Of a stretch of DNA of 45,483 nucleotides, positions 17,734 through 27,073 are shown one piece after another (within the stretch, counting starts at the first letter, position 1; the number at the start of each line of letters is the position of its first letter). The notes beneath the pieces were generated by a model. It did not search any database, was not told the DNA's origin, and saw only the letters and a list, made by a program, of their open reading frames with translations. Source of the stretch: Pseudomonadota bacterium (GTDB lineage: Bacteria; Vulcanimicrobiota; Xenobia; RGZZ01); assembly GCA_010028905.1 (NCBI GenBank), contig RGZZ01000002.1, forward strand, positions 1-45,483. The letters run 5' to 3'. The translations under genes and the position numbers were made by a program.

Positions 17734-20700
17734 ATGCTCGGAACCCGTTACATCGGGCGGTACAAGGTCATCGAGGAGATTGGCCGTGGTGGCATGGGCA
17801 TCGTCTACCGGGGGGAAGATCCTCGGCTCGAGCGCCCCGTCGCCATCAAGGTGCTTCCGCCTCGAAAGACCTCCGGCAAAGCCCTCGAGCGCTTCAAGCG
17901 CGAGGCACGCGTCTGCGCCCGCCTCGACCATCCGTATGTCCTCAAGATCTACGACTACGGCGAAGAAGAGCAGACCTATCACATTGTGATGGAGTTCGTC
18001 GAGGGCGTCACGCTTCGTGACGTCATCGGCGATGAGCCGGTCGTCGCAGACATCGATCTGGTTGAGATGTCACGCATCTTCGGGCAGATCTGTCAGGCAC
18101 TCGAATACGCCCACGCGCTCGGCATCACGCACCGCGACATCAAGCCCGAGAACATCATGGTGACCACGACCACCGGGCGCTGGGAGCCGGCAACGTCGAA
18201 GGTCAAGGTCATGGACTTCGGGCTCGCTGTGCTCGAGGGGCGTCACGACCTCACCGACCCTGACGCCATCATGGGAACCATTGCGTATTTCTCTCCTGAG
18301 CAGGCCAAGGGCGAGGTCGCCGACCATCGCGCCGACATCTACAGCCTCGGCTGCATGTTCTTCGAGATGCTGACCGGCCAGCTTCCCTTCGAGGCCACGA
18401 ACCCGGCCGAGATGATCCGCTGTCATCAGGAGACGCCCCCCCCGTCGCCACGCAGCATAAACCCTCGCGTCTCTCCGACGCTCGAGCGCATCGCGCTGCG
18501 CTGCCTGCGCAAGTCACCCGATGATCGGTATCCGTCCGTGCGCGAGATCCGCGATGATCTCGACGCCTTTCGCGCCGAGCTGAACATCCCACCCCAGGCC
18601 TTCTGGGGGGTGATGGGAATTCCGTCTGACCCAGGCCCGTCACCAGGACGGCGACAGGGCGACATCATGATGACGGCGGCCGATGCATCTCCCGACCCCT
18701 TTGCGCGCCGTCGCTTGCCAGGCCACGCCCCCTCCGCGCCGACGCCCGACGAGCCTTCCTCCGACGATTCTCTGCACGCCGATCAGGAACCCGACGACGC
18801 AGGGACGGCCCGTCGCCTCCAAGAGATGTGGCGACAGGGGCAGGCGGCCACCGCGCGTTCCCCTCAGGCGCCGATTGACGTGCCTCCCCTGGCGAGTCCC
18901 TTCACGGTGGGCATGCCGTCAGATCTGGCCAGTCGGTTGCGCTCCCCGGCCAGTCCCAACCCCGCTGCCGAGAAGACAGACGCGGGACGGCCGCCAGCGC
19001 AGGGGTGGGTTCCTCCGCTCTCCGGCAGTCCTCCCGGGCGAATGGCGCCATCGTTCCCATCTCCCGCCAACCCGGTCGAGGGGGCACGCGTCATCGCCGG
19101 GCCTGTTTCTGGTGCTGGGCCGCTGGCAAGTCCAGAGTGGATGAGCGAGGCGCAGCGCTCGCCCGATGCGGCATTGAACCGCTACGAGCAGTACATGGCG
19201 CGACTTCGTCACGATGACGACGGCACCACGGGAAGACCGGGCGACCTGCCCCCGAGCATCTGCGCCTGTGGGATGGAGAATCCCGGAGACAAGAAGTACT
19301 GCGGCGAGTGCGGCAGCCTTCTGGCCCCCTCGAAGTTCCTGCAGTCGCGAGAGGCACGCGCGCACATCGAGCTCGGGTTGCGTCATCTCGAGCACGGTCA
19401 GCTCCAGGAGGCCTATCAGGAGTTCTCGGAGGCGCTGGCGCGAGATCCCAATCACGCCGACGCGCACAAGCACCTGGGGCGGACCTGGGCTCGCATGGGC
19501 GATCCGGTGCGGGCTGAGGAAGAGCTCCGCCTCGCCGCGTCGCTGAATCCGCGCGACGCCGACATCCAGATCGAGCTCGCCCACGTCCTGCGTCTTGCGG
19601 GCCGCAAGAGCGACGCGGTCGAGGCGCTCCAGGAAGCCGTGCGCCTTCGCCCTTCCGACGCAGGCGCACGCTGCCAGCTTGCCTTCCTGCACGCGCATCG
19701 CGGAAACCTCGTGAAGGCCATCGAGGAGTATCGCACCGCTCTTGCCTACGATGAGAGCAATGTCGAGGCGCGCCTGCAGCTCGGCATCATCTACGGAGCC
19801 CAGAACTACGTCAAGGAGGCCATCGCGGAGTTCGAGTGGGTCGTGCATCTCGACGCGGAGAACGCGAGCGCCTGGCAGTGGCTGGGAAAGCTGTACGCCC
19901 GCGTCAATCGCGTCGGCGAGGCCGAGAAGGCCTTTCAGGCGGCCCTCGGCATCTCTCCCGACGATGCCGACGTGCACGCCGATCTGGGGGTTCTCTACGA
20001 GAGCACGCGGCGCGAGCAGCTCGCGGTGCAGGAGCTGCGGCAGGCCATTGCCCTCGAACAGGGGCACAACGGCGCGCGCCAGCGGCTTGCGCAGCTCTAC
20101 ATTCGCAGACAGCAGCCCCAGCAGGCCATCAAGGAGCTCGAGGAGCTCGCGGCCTATCATCCAACCGACAGCCGGGTGCATCAGCAGCTGGGAGAGCTCT
20201 ATCTCGAGCAGGGCGATCTGAATCGGGCACTCAGCCACTTCGAACGAACCGTCTCGCTCGACCCGGCCAGTGCCGAGATGCACAACCGGCTCGGCCAGCT
20301 GTACTTCAAGAAGGACTACAACACGCTCACCGTTCAGGAATATCGTCGCGCGGTGGAGCTCGATCCCTACAATCCGTCGTATCACGAAGATCTCGGCATG
20401 GCCTACTACGTGAACGGCAATCGCGAGCTCGCAATCCAGGAGATCAAGAAGGCGTCGATCCTCGACGCGCGCAACGTCGACTACTTCAAGGCTCTCGGTC
20501 TCCTCAGCGTCGAGGAGGGGCGTTTCGACGAAGCCATACAGGCCCTCAAGCGCGCTCTCGAGCTCAACCCCAGGGACGCGCAGACCCACGTGCTGCTGGG
20601 GCGTGTCTACGGGCAGCAGAAGCTGCTCAACTGGGCGCTCCTCGAGTTCCAGAAGGCCATCGAGTACGAGCCGGGCAACCTCCTGATGCACGTCTACCTT

Positions 20701-21483
20701 GCCCGCACCTATTCCGGTCTGGGACGCGCCGATGACGCCGTGCACGCGTTCCGCAAAGCCATCTCGCTCATGCACCAGGAGAACGAGACCCCGGAGAGCC
20801 GACGCGCGCTGGGGCGTTCGTACCAGGATCTGGGGAAGGCCTACCTCGATTCAGGCAACGTGCAGGCAGCTCGCGAGATGCTCGAGTCAGCCCTGCTGCT
20901 GCTGCCGGCAGACGCACGGGGCATGCATCTGATGGGCATGGCGATGGCCGCGCAGAAGAGCTGGAAGCGCGCGCTCGAGCATCTTTCCGACGCACTCGAG
21001 CGTGAACCGCACAATCCGGACATCTTGTCTGACATCGGACAGGTCTATGAGCAGATCGGGGAGCCGGAGAAGGCGTTGAAGGCCCTCCGCTCCGCGGTCA
21101 GCCTGTCTCCGCGGAAGGCCTCGCTGTATGAGCGAATGAGCAGCGTGCTCAGCGGTCAAGGGCGCTACGACGAGGCGCGTGACGTGATTCGCAAGGCCAT
21201 GCTGCTCGACGCGCGCAGAACCGATGTCTACCACAACCTGCTCGGCCGCGTGTATGCGCGAGAGGGACAGTGGCAGAAGGCGGCCGCCGAGAACGAGCAG
21301 GCCAGGGCATCCAACCCCTATGTGGCCGCGTACACCCTCGACCTGGCGCGCGCGCTGTCGCAGCTGGGGCGTGCGAGCGACGCCGTGAACGAGCTTCGAC
21401 GCGCGCTCTCGACGCTGTCGCTCTCTGATGCGGAGGCAAAGGAGCTTCAGGGCGAGCTCGACCGGCTGCGTACCGTCGGCTGA
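17734..21483 (+). CDS. Ser/Thr protein kinase with Pro-rich linker, zinc ribbon and a long TPR array
   Basis: Hanks motifs GRGGMGIVY, VAIKVL, HRDIKPENIM, DFGLA and SPEQ. About 230 aa of P/S/A-rich linker. Zinc ribbon CACGMENPGDKKYCGECG. This is followed by roughly 700 aa of 34-residue TPR-like repeats. ATG 17734 is preferred over the upstream GTG 17698. Confidence 0.9.
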   Translation: MLGTRYIGRYKVIEEIGRGGMGIVYRGEDPRLERPVAIKVLPPRKTSGKALERFKREARVCARLDHPYVLKIYDYGEEEQTYHIVMEFVEGVTLRDVIGDEPVVADIDLVEMSRIFGQICQALEYAHALGITHRDIKPENIMVTTTTGRWEPATSKVKVMDFGLAVLEGRHDLTDPDAIMGTIAYFSPEQAKGEVADHRADIYSLGCMFFEMLTGQLPFEATNPAEMIRCHQETPPPSPRSINPRVSPTLERIALRCLRKSPDDRYPSVREIRDDLDAFRAELNIPPQAFWGVMGIPSDPGPSPGRRQGDIMMTAADASPDPFARRRLPGHAPSAPTPDEPSSDDSLHADQEPDDAGTARRLQEMWRQGQAATARSPQAPIDVPPLASPFTVGMPSDLASRLRSPASPNPAAEKTDAGRPPAQGWVPPLSGSPPGRMAPSFPSPANPVEGARVIAGPVSGAGPLASPEWMSEAQRSPDAALNRYEQYMARLRHDDDGTTGRPGDLPPSICACGMENPGDKKYCGECGSLLAPSKFLQSREARAHIELGLRHLEHGQLQEAYQEFSEALARDPNHADAHKHLGRTWARMGDPVRAEEELRLAASLNPRDADIQIELAHVLRLAGRKSDAVEALQEAVRLRPSDAGARCQLAFLHAHRGNLVKAIEEYRTALAYDESNVEARLQLGIIYGAQNYVKEAIAEFEWVVHLDAENASAWQWLGKLYARVNRVGEAEKAFQAALGISPDDADVHADLGVLYESTRREQLAVQELRQAIALEQGHNGARQRLAQLYIRRQQPQQAIKELEELAAYHPTDSRVHQQLGELYLEQGDLNRALSHFERTVSLDPASAEMHNRLGQLYFKKDYNTLTVQEYRRAVELDPYNPSYHEDLGMAYYVNGNRELAIQEIKKASILDARNVDYFKALGLLSVEEGRFDEAIQALKRALELNPRDAQTHVLLGRVYGQQKLLNWALLEFQKAIEYEPGNLLMHVYLARTYSGLGRADDAVHAFRKAISLMHQENETPESRRALGRSYQDLGKAYLDSGNVQAAREMLESALLLLPADARGMHLMGMAMAAQKSWKRALEHLSDALEREPHNPDILSDIGQVYEQIGEPEKALKALRSAVSLSPRKASLYERMSSVLSGQGRYDEARDVIRKAMLLDARRTDVYHNLLGRVYAREGQWQKAAAENEQARASNPYVAAYTLDLARALSQLGRASDAVNELRRALSTLSLSDAEAKELQGELDRLRTVG

Positions 21484-21489
21484 CCGTCG

Positions 21490-23778
21490 ATGACGTCAGC
21501 CTCAACTTCCGACGTCTATGCCGACGTCGTTGTCACCGTACCCAGCCGCGGCGTTGATCGGGCCTTCACCTACCGTGTCCCGGCGTCGCTCTCCACCCAG
21601 GTCGTCAGCGGGGTCATCGTGCGGGTGCCGTTTCACGGGCGCGAGCTGAGCGGCTGGGTGGTGGCGGTGCATGCGTTCCCACCGCCCGCGCTGGAGGCCA
21701 GCAGCATTCGTGACATCGTCGGGGTTACGGGAGGGCAGGGCTTGCTGCCGCCCGATCTCCAGGATGTGGCCCAGTGGATGCAGTCGTTCTACGGTTGCCT
21801 GCTCGTGGAGGCCTTTCAGGCCATGGTGCCCGAGCCGGTGCGTGCGGCGCTAGGAGCGAAGCGCGCCCGCGGAGAGGCAGGGCGGATACGGGTGGCTACC
21901 CTCGCTCCGAACTTTGCGATCTCGGCATTTGAGCAGCTGGCGCAGCGCCTGGGAGGGGACGAGCGACAGGCCCGTCGCCTCGTCGAGACCCTTCAGGCGC
22001 GGGGGGCTGTCCCGCCTGCGGAGCTGCTGGCGCTTGCGCACGCGCGGCGCGAGATCTTGAAGCGCCTGCACGATGAAGGGTTCGTTCGCTGGCGCGTTCA
22101 GCCCCCTCCATCGCCCGGAGACGATCGGCGCAGCGCTGCTGCGACGCTGGGGGGCGCCGCCGTGGAGACGCTCAGTCCGCATCAGTGCAAGGCCGTGGAG
22201 ACCATCGTTGGCCAGGCCGAGACGGGGCGCGCGCGGGTCGTACTTCTGCACGGTGTGACGGGCAGCGGCAAGACCGAGGTGTATCTGAACGTTCTGGAAT
22301 CCGTCATCGCGCGGGGGCGACAGGGCCTGGTGCTGGTGCCAGAGATCTCCCTGACGCCGCAGGCGGTCGATCGCTATCGTCGCCGTCTGGGCGATCGGGT
22401 TGCGGTCATGCACTCCGGCCTCACGCCCTCCGAGCGGGTTGAGGCGTGGTGGAGCCTCAAGGAGGGTCGCATGGCCGTGGGGCTCGGCGCGCGATCGTGT
22501 GTGTTCGCGCCCATGTCTGATCTGGGCGTGGTCATCGTTGACGAGGAGCATGAGGCGTCGTACAAGCAAGAGCAGTCGCCTCGCTACCATGCCCGTCAGG
22601 TGGCCATACGACGGGCCATCGCGAGTGGCGCGACCGTGGTTCTCGGGAGCGCGACCCCCTCGCTCGAATCGTACTACTGGGCGGAGCAGGGCAAGTACGC
22701 GCTGGTCGAGATGCCGACGCGTGTAGAGGAGCGTCCGCTGCCCACAGTCGAGGTGGTGAGCCTGCAGCGTCGCAGGCGCGATGGCAGCGTGCGGGCACTT
22801 GGGTACGTGCTGCGCGAGCGCATGGCCGAGACCCTGGCCCGTGGCGAGCAGGTGATGCTGCTGCACAACCGGCGGGGGTTTGCATCGTTCCTGATCTGCA
22901 CGGCCTGCGGCCATCTCCCGCGGTGCCCGCGATGCGAGATCAGCTTCACGTTCCATGCCTCCCCCGCGCGGATGGTCTGCCACTACTGCCTCTACGAGAC
23001 ATCGCCACCGTCATCGTGCCAGGGGTGTGGGGGCTTTGAGATGACCCATCAGGGGGCCGGAACCCAGCGGGTCGAGGAGGAGGTGATGGAGGCGTTTCCT
23101 GGGGTCCCCCTGCTGCGCATGGATCGGGACACCACGCGTCAGATGTCTGATCATCGCCGCCTGCTCGAGCAGTTCGCGAACCGTGAGGCGCAGATCCTCA
23201 TCGGTACGCAGATGATTGCCAAGGGGCACGACTTCCCGGACGTCACGCTTGTGGGCGTCGTGCTTGCCGACACCGGTCTTGCGCTTCCGGACTTTCGCGC
23301 CGCGGAGCGCACGTTCAGCCTCCTGACGCAGGTCGCGGGCAGAGCGGGACGTGGTCGTGTGCCAGGGCGGGTGGTGATCCAGACCTACAATCCGGAGCAC
23401 TATGCCATCCGCCACGCGGCGGCCCAGGGATACGGCGGGTTCTACGCAGAGGAGCTGGCCGCTCGCAAGGAGCTCGAGTACCCCCCGTTCACGCATCTCA
23501 TCAACGTGATCTTGAGCGGGGAGAGCGGCGCCGACGTGGAGCGGGCCGCCCAGGCCATGGGATCACGGATGCGCGCCCAGGTCGCCGCAATGCCCTGCGT
23601 GCTGCTCGGCCCGGCCCCGTGCGCGCTCCCGCGGATTCACCGCAAATCACGGTGGCATCTGGTGTTCAAGTGCCGTCAGGTGCAGGAGATCATGCCGCTC
23701 ATTCGAACCTATCTCCGAGAAAATGCGTCGGCAGGCGTCTCTGCGGCCGTCGACGCCGACCCCATGTCGATGCTTTGA
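21490..23778 (+). CDS. priA: Primosomal protein N' (replication restart helicase PriA)
   Basis: Walker A GVTGSGKTEVY, DEEH box (VIVDEEHEASYKQ), Cys-rich zinc insertion (CTACGHLPRCPRCEISFTFH...CHYC...CQGCGG), and a typical N-terminal winged-helix start (YADVVV..P....FTY.VP). Confidence 0.9.
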   Translation: MTSASTSDVYADVVVTVPSRGVDRAFTYRVPASLSTQVVSGVIVRVPFHGRELSGWVVAVHAFPPPALEASSIRDIVGVTGGQGLLPPDLQDVAQWMQSFYGCLLVEAFQAMVPEPVRAALGAKRARGEAGRIRVATLAPNFAISAFEQLAQRLGGDERQARRLVETLQARGAVPPAELLALAHARREILKRLHDEGFVRWRVQPPPSPGDDRRSAAATLGGAAVETLSPHQCKAVETIVGQAETGRARVVLLHGVTGSGKTEVYLNVLESVIARGRQGLVLVPEISLTPQAVDRYRRRLGDRVAVMHSGLTPSERVEAWWSLKEGRMAVGLGARSCVFAPMSDLGVVIVDEEHEASYKQEQSPRYHARQVAIRRAIASGATVVLGSATPSLESYYWAEQGKYALVEMPTRVEERPLPTVEVVSLQRRRRDGSVRALGYVLRERMAETLARGEQVMLLHNRRGFASFLICTACGHLPRCPRCEISFTFHASPARMVCHYCLYETSPPSSCQGCGGFEMTHQGAGTQRVEEEVMEAFPGVPLLRMDRDTTRQMSDHRRLLEQFANREAQILIGTQMIAKGHDFPDVTLVGVVLADTGLALPDFRAAERTFSLLTQVAGRAGRGRVPGRVVIQTYNPEHYAIRHAAAQGYGGFYAEELAARKELEYPPFTHLINVILSGESGADVERAAQAMGSRMRAQVAAMPCVLLGPAPCALPRIHRKSRWHLVFKCRQVQEIMPLIRTYLRENASAGVSAAVDADPMSML

Positions 23779-23855
23779 ACGCTGATGCGTCAGCCCGCCT
23801 TTCGTGTAGCGCTGCGCCCGACTCATCGACCATGGCGTCCACGGAAGGAGACATC

Positions 23856-24986
23856 ATGCGGAACGGTTTTCGTCTGGGGGTATGCGCGTTCGCGCTCTTG
23901 ATGCTGACGGCCGGGAGTGCGCCCAGGCCGGCGTTGGCGCAGTCGACGACATTGTTTGTTCGCAAGGCCGAGCTACAGAGCGTCGTGCGCGCAGGCAAGC
24001 TCTATGCGCCGGCAGCCGATCTGCTGCGTGCCATGGGCCTTCAGTGGACGGTTGACGGAACCACCGTGCGGCTGTCGGCCGGCAAGGCGGGGGGAGCGGC
24101 GCTGAGCGCCAAGGCGACCTCGTTCACATTTGCGTTCCCGAGCGGGAAGGTGCTCACCTCTGAGGTTGTGGCCATCAAAGGAGAGGCCTGGGTGCCGGTT
24201 CGCTCCCTGGCCGAGATGGCGGGTGGAACCTATGTGGCTGCTCCAGGGGCCGGCATCGTGCAGGTGGTGCTCACGAACAGTGCCATCAGCCAGAAAGATC
24301 TCGATCGAGCGGTTCGTGACTCGAAGTCGCAGCCGGGCGTGAGCGCGCCTTCGCTCGTACCCACAGGCAGCGGATCGACGTCCGGAAAGGGCGACGCCGC
24401 AGACAGCAAGGCCGAGGGCGGTGCAAAGACCGCCGATGCCGGCGCCAAGAAGTCTGACGGGAGCGCGGAAGACGAGAAAGACCCCATCGAGGTTGTGAGC
24501 GTCGACTACATGAACCCCATCATCCCCGGCAGCAAGGTGCCCGCTGAGGTGCGGGGTTCGGCGACCATCAAGAACTCTGCTGACAAGCGCGTCACCAACG
24601 TGAAGTTCACCGTGGAGATCCGCGACCTCGGAGACAACCCCGTGGTGAGCCTTCCCACGAAGTACATCTCGGCGCTCGAGCCAGGCGAGACTGCATCGCA
24701 AGACTTCATGTGGTATAATTACTACAACCAGCAGATCAACGTCAAAGCCAAGGTGGAGCACGATCCGCTGCCCAAGAAGAAAGAGCAGAAGGCAGACGCC
24801 AAGACGGGCGCCGACGCAAGGTCCGGCGGCGACGCCAGGTCCGGCGGCGACGCCAAGTCCGGCGGCGACGCCAAGACCGGCGGCGACGCCAAGACCGGTG
24901 GCGACGCCAAGTCCGGCGGCGACGCCAAGAACGGCGGCGACGCCAAGACCGGCGGCGCCAGGTCAGGCACCACCACGGGCCAGTAG
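23856..24986 (+). CDS. Secreted protein: copper-amine-oxidase-N-terminal-like domain, beta-sandwich, and a (D-A-K/R-x-G-G)n C-terminal repeat tail
   Basis: GGAAGGAG lies before ATG 23856. Signal peptide MRNGFRLGVCAFALLMLTAGSAPRPALA. The segment LYAPAADLLRAMGLQWTVDGTTVRL...GEAWVPVRSLAEMAGGTYV resembles Cu_amine_oxidN1 stalk domains. The C-terminus carries 9 hexapeptide repeats. Confidence 0.7.
   Translation: MRNGFRLGVCAFALLMLTAGSAPRPALAQSTTLFVRKAELQSVVRAGKLYAPAADLLRAMGLQWTVDGTTVRLSAGKAGGAALSAKATSFTFAFPSGKVLTSEVVAIKGEAWVPVRSLAEMAGGTYVAAPGAGIVQVVLTNSAISQKDLDRAVRDSKSQPGVSAPSLVPTGSGSTSGKGDAADSKAEGGAKTADAGAKKSDGSAEDEKDPIEVVSVDYMNPIIPGSKVPAEVRGSATIKNSADKRVTNVKFTVEIRDLGDNPVVSLPTKYISALEPGETASQDFMWYNYYNQQINVKAKVEHDPLPKKKEQKADAKTGADARSGGDARSGGDAKSGGDAKTGGDAKTGGDAKSGGDAKNGGDAKTGGARSGTTTGQ
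24795..24956 (+). repeat. Coding tandem repeat, 18 bp x 9 (consensus GACGCCAAGWCCGGCGGC)
   Basis: Nine consecutive in-phase units were read directly. They are near-identical apart from the codons for K/R and the S/T/N position. A partial tenth unit extends to about 24968. Confidence 0.9.
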
Positions 24987-25019
24987 CGGCAGGCTGCTCC
25001 AGAGAGGACCCCATCGAAC

Positions 25020-25541
25020 ATGGCCAGACTCCCCCTCACCTACGACGGCAACCCCGTCCTGCGCAAGAAGGCGGCTCCGGTGCGCGTCGTAGATTCGCTC
25101 CTGGCGCAGCTGCTCGACGACATGGTGGAGACCATGCACGCCAACAACGGTGTGGGTCTCGCGGCCCCTCAGGTGGGCATCTCGAAGCGCGTCATCGTGG
25201 CCGACATCTACGATGGCGATCCGCCGCTCAAGCTCGTCAACCCCCGCATCGTCGAGCGCTCTGGTCACATCAACGGCCTCGAGGGCTGCCTGAGCATCCC
25301 CAACGTCTATGGCGATGTCGAGCGCGCCGAGAAGGTCACCGTGAAGGCGGTCAACGAGAAGGGGAAGTCGGTGACCATCGAGGCAAGTGGGCTGCTGGCC
25401 CGGGTCTTCCAGCACGAGATCGATCACCTCGATGGCAAGCTGTTCACCGATTTCGCCACGAACATCCGAGAGGTCACGCCAGAGGAGCTCGAAGAGGCCG
25501 AGGCCGAGGGGCGTTACGAACCGGCGCTCGACGGCATCTAG
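25020..25541 (+). CDS. def: Peptide deformylase
   Basis: Contains the three deformylase motifs GVGLAAPQVG, EGCLS and QHEIDHL. Confidence 0.95.
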   Translation: MARLPLTYDGNPVLRKKAAPVRVVDSLLAQLLDDMVETMHANNGVGLAAPQVGISKRVIVADIYDGDPPLKLVNPRIVERSGHINGLEGCLSIPNVYGDVERAEKVTVKAVNEKGKSVTIEASGLLARVFQHEIDHLDGKLFTDFATNIREVTPEELEEAEAEGRYEPALDGI

Positions 25542-25544
25542 CCG

Positions 25545-26513
25545 ATGCGGGTTGTCTTCATGGGGTCGGCACCCATTGCCGTCCCCTCCCTCGTGCATCT
25601 GCATCAGCACCACGATCTGAGGGCTGTGGTCACCCAGCCCGACAAGCCCAAGGGCCGCAAGCGAGAGCTCACCCCCACGGCTGTCAAGCAGGAGGCCCTG
25701 GCGCGCGGCCTTGAGGTTCTCGAGCCGCGCAAGCTGCGCGCCCCGGAGTTCGTTGATCGCCTGCGCGCCCTCGATCCAGAGGTCATCGTGGTGATGGCCT
25801 ACGGGCGACTCGTCCCGCCTGAGGTTCTGTATCTGCCGCCCCACGGCTGCATCAATCTGCACGGGTCCATCCTTCCGGAGCATCGAGGCCCATGCCCCAT
25901 CGAGCGCGGGCTCTTGCGAGGAGATCCGGAGACCGGCATCACCACCTTCTACATGGCCGAAGGGTTCGACACCGGCGACATCATCCTGACCCGTCCGATG
26001 CCCATCGGTGAGGACGACACGGGGGGGGCGCTGCGAGAGAAGCTCGCGCTGCTCGCGGCGGAGGTTCTCGAAGACACCCTGCGGGGCATCTCCGCGGGCA
26101 CGGCGCCGCGGATACCGCAAGATCTGACGCAGGGGTGTCACGCCCCCATCATCACCCGTGACGAGGCTCGCATCGACTGGTCGGCCACGGCTTCGTTCAT
26201 CGATAGACTTGTACGCGCGTGCGAGCCCGAGCCTGGCGCCCACACGGTCTTTCGGGGGCAGCCCCTCAAGGTGCGGCGGGCCCGTCCGCTCGCGTGTGCT
26301 GTCACCGCGCCGCCAGGAACCGTGGTGACCGCAGATCGCGAGCATGGCCTTCAGGTTGCGGTTGGACAGGGTGGCGCTGTCGCGCTGCTCGAGGTCCAGC
26401 CGTCCGGAAAGCGTTGGATGAGCGGTCCAGAGTTCGTCGCGGGCTATCGTCCTCAAACAGGTGAACGGATGGGTGAAGTGGTTCCCACCGTTGAGACGGG
26501 AGTGCAAACATGA
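25545..26513 (+). CDS. fmt: Methionyl-tRNA formyltransferase
   Basis: MRVVFMGS..., the formyltransferase core (NLHGSILPEHRGPCPIERG) and a C-terminal tRNA-binding domain. It lies immediately downstream of def. Confidence 0.93.
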   Translation: MRVVFMGSAPIAVPSLVHLHQHHDLRAVVTQPDKPKGRKRELTPTAVKQEALARGLEVLEPRKLRAPEFVDRLRALDPEVIVVMAYGRLVPPEVLYLPPHGCINLHGSILPEHRGPCPIERGLLRGDPETGITTFYMAEGFDTGDIILTRPMPIGEDDTGGALREKLALLAAEVLEDTLRGISAGTAPRIPQDLTQGCHAPIITRDEARIDWSATASFIDRLVRACEPEPGAHTVFRGQPLKVRRARPLACAVTAPPGTVVTADREHGLQVAVGQGGAVALLEVQPSGKRWMSGPEFVAGYRPQTGERMGEVVPTVETGVQT

Positions 26514-27073
26514 CAGTCCATCCCTCGATCCTGCGGGTCCTCTGCCTGGGAGGTGTGGCGATGATGCTGGCCGTCGTGCCCGCCGCGTCGGCAGCGCCTG
26601 CTTCACCTTCTTCACCCTCCCCCGCGTCGGGGGCTTCCGCCAAGGCGGTGAAGGCCAGCGCCAGCGATGTCAAAGCCGCCACCGGCGTCATCACAGAGCT
26701 CTACAACGCCTATGTGTCGCGCGATCTCGATCGCATCATGGCGCTCGAACGCGAGAGCATTGAGGCTTCGGCGCGCGCGTACGAGAGCAAGGGCAAGGGA
26801 AAGGCCGAAGATGTGCGCGATGCCTTGCGAGGGGTCACTGAGGAGGTCATCAAGCACAAGGACTTCAAGATGAAGCCTCTCAACCTCACCGATGCCGAGT
26901 TCGAGCGCGTGGGCGATGCAGTCGTGGTGAGCAGCGTCATTCCCATCATCGCGTCGGAGCTGGTGGAGGTCGGTGAGCCTGGCGCGGGCAAGAAGGCGCG
27001 CCTGCGAATCGGGAAGTTCGTCTTTCGGCAGATGGACACCCACTGGACCATCGTGCGGATGGATCTGTTCTGA
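26510..27073 (+). CDS. Hypothetical secreted protein, possibly NTF2/SnoaL-like fold
   Basis: 187 aa with signal peptide (...AVVPAASAAPASP). The VITELYNAYVSRDLDRIMAL start and ...THWTIVRMDLF end resemble NTF2-like cone folds, a weak inference. Its start overlaps the fmt stop (ATGA) and its stop overlaps the rlmN start. Confidence 0.55.
   Translation: MTVHPSILRVLCLGGVAMMLAVVPAASAAPASPSSPSPASGASAKAVKASASDVKAATGVITELYNAYVSRDLDRIMALERESIEASARAYESKGKGKAEDVRDALRGVTEEVIKHKDFKMKPLNLTDAEFERVGDAVVVSSVIPIIASELVEVGEPGAGKKARLRIGKFVFRQMDTHWTIVRMDLF

Noticed and set aside
24795-24968. A CRISPR-like regular repeat array.
   Set aside because: The units are 18 bp, directly abutting with no spacers, in frame inside a signal-peptide ORF. 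This is a coding tandem repeat and not a CRISPR.
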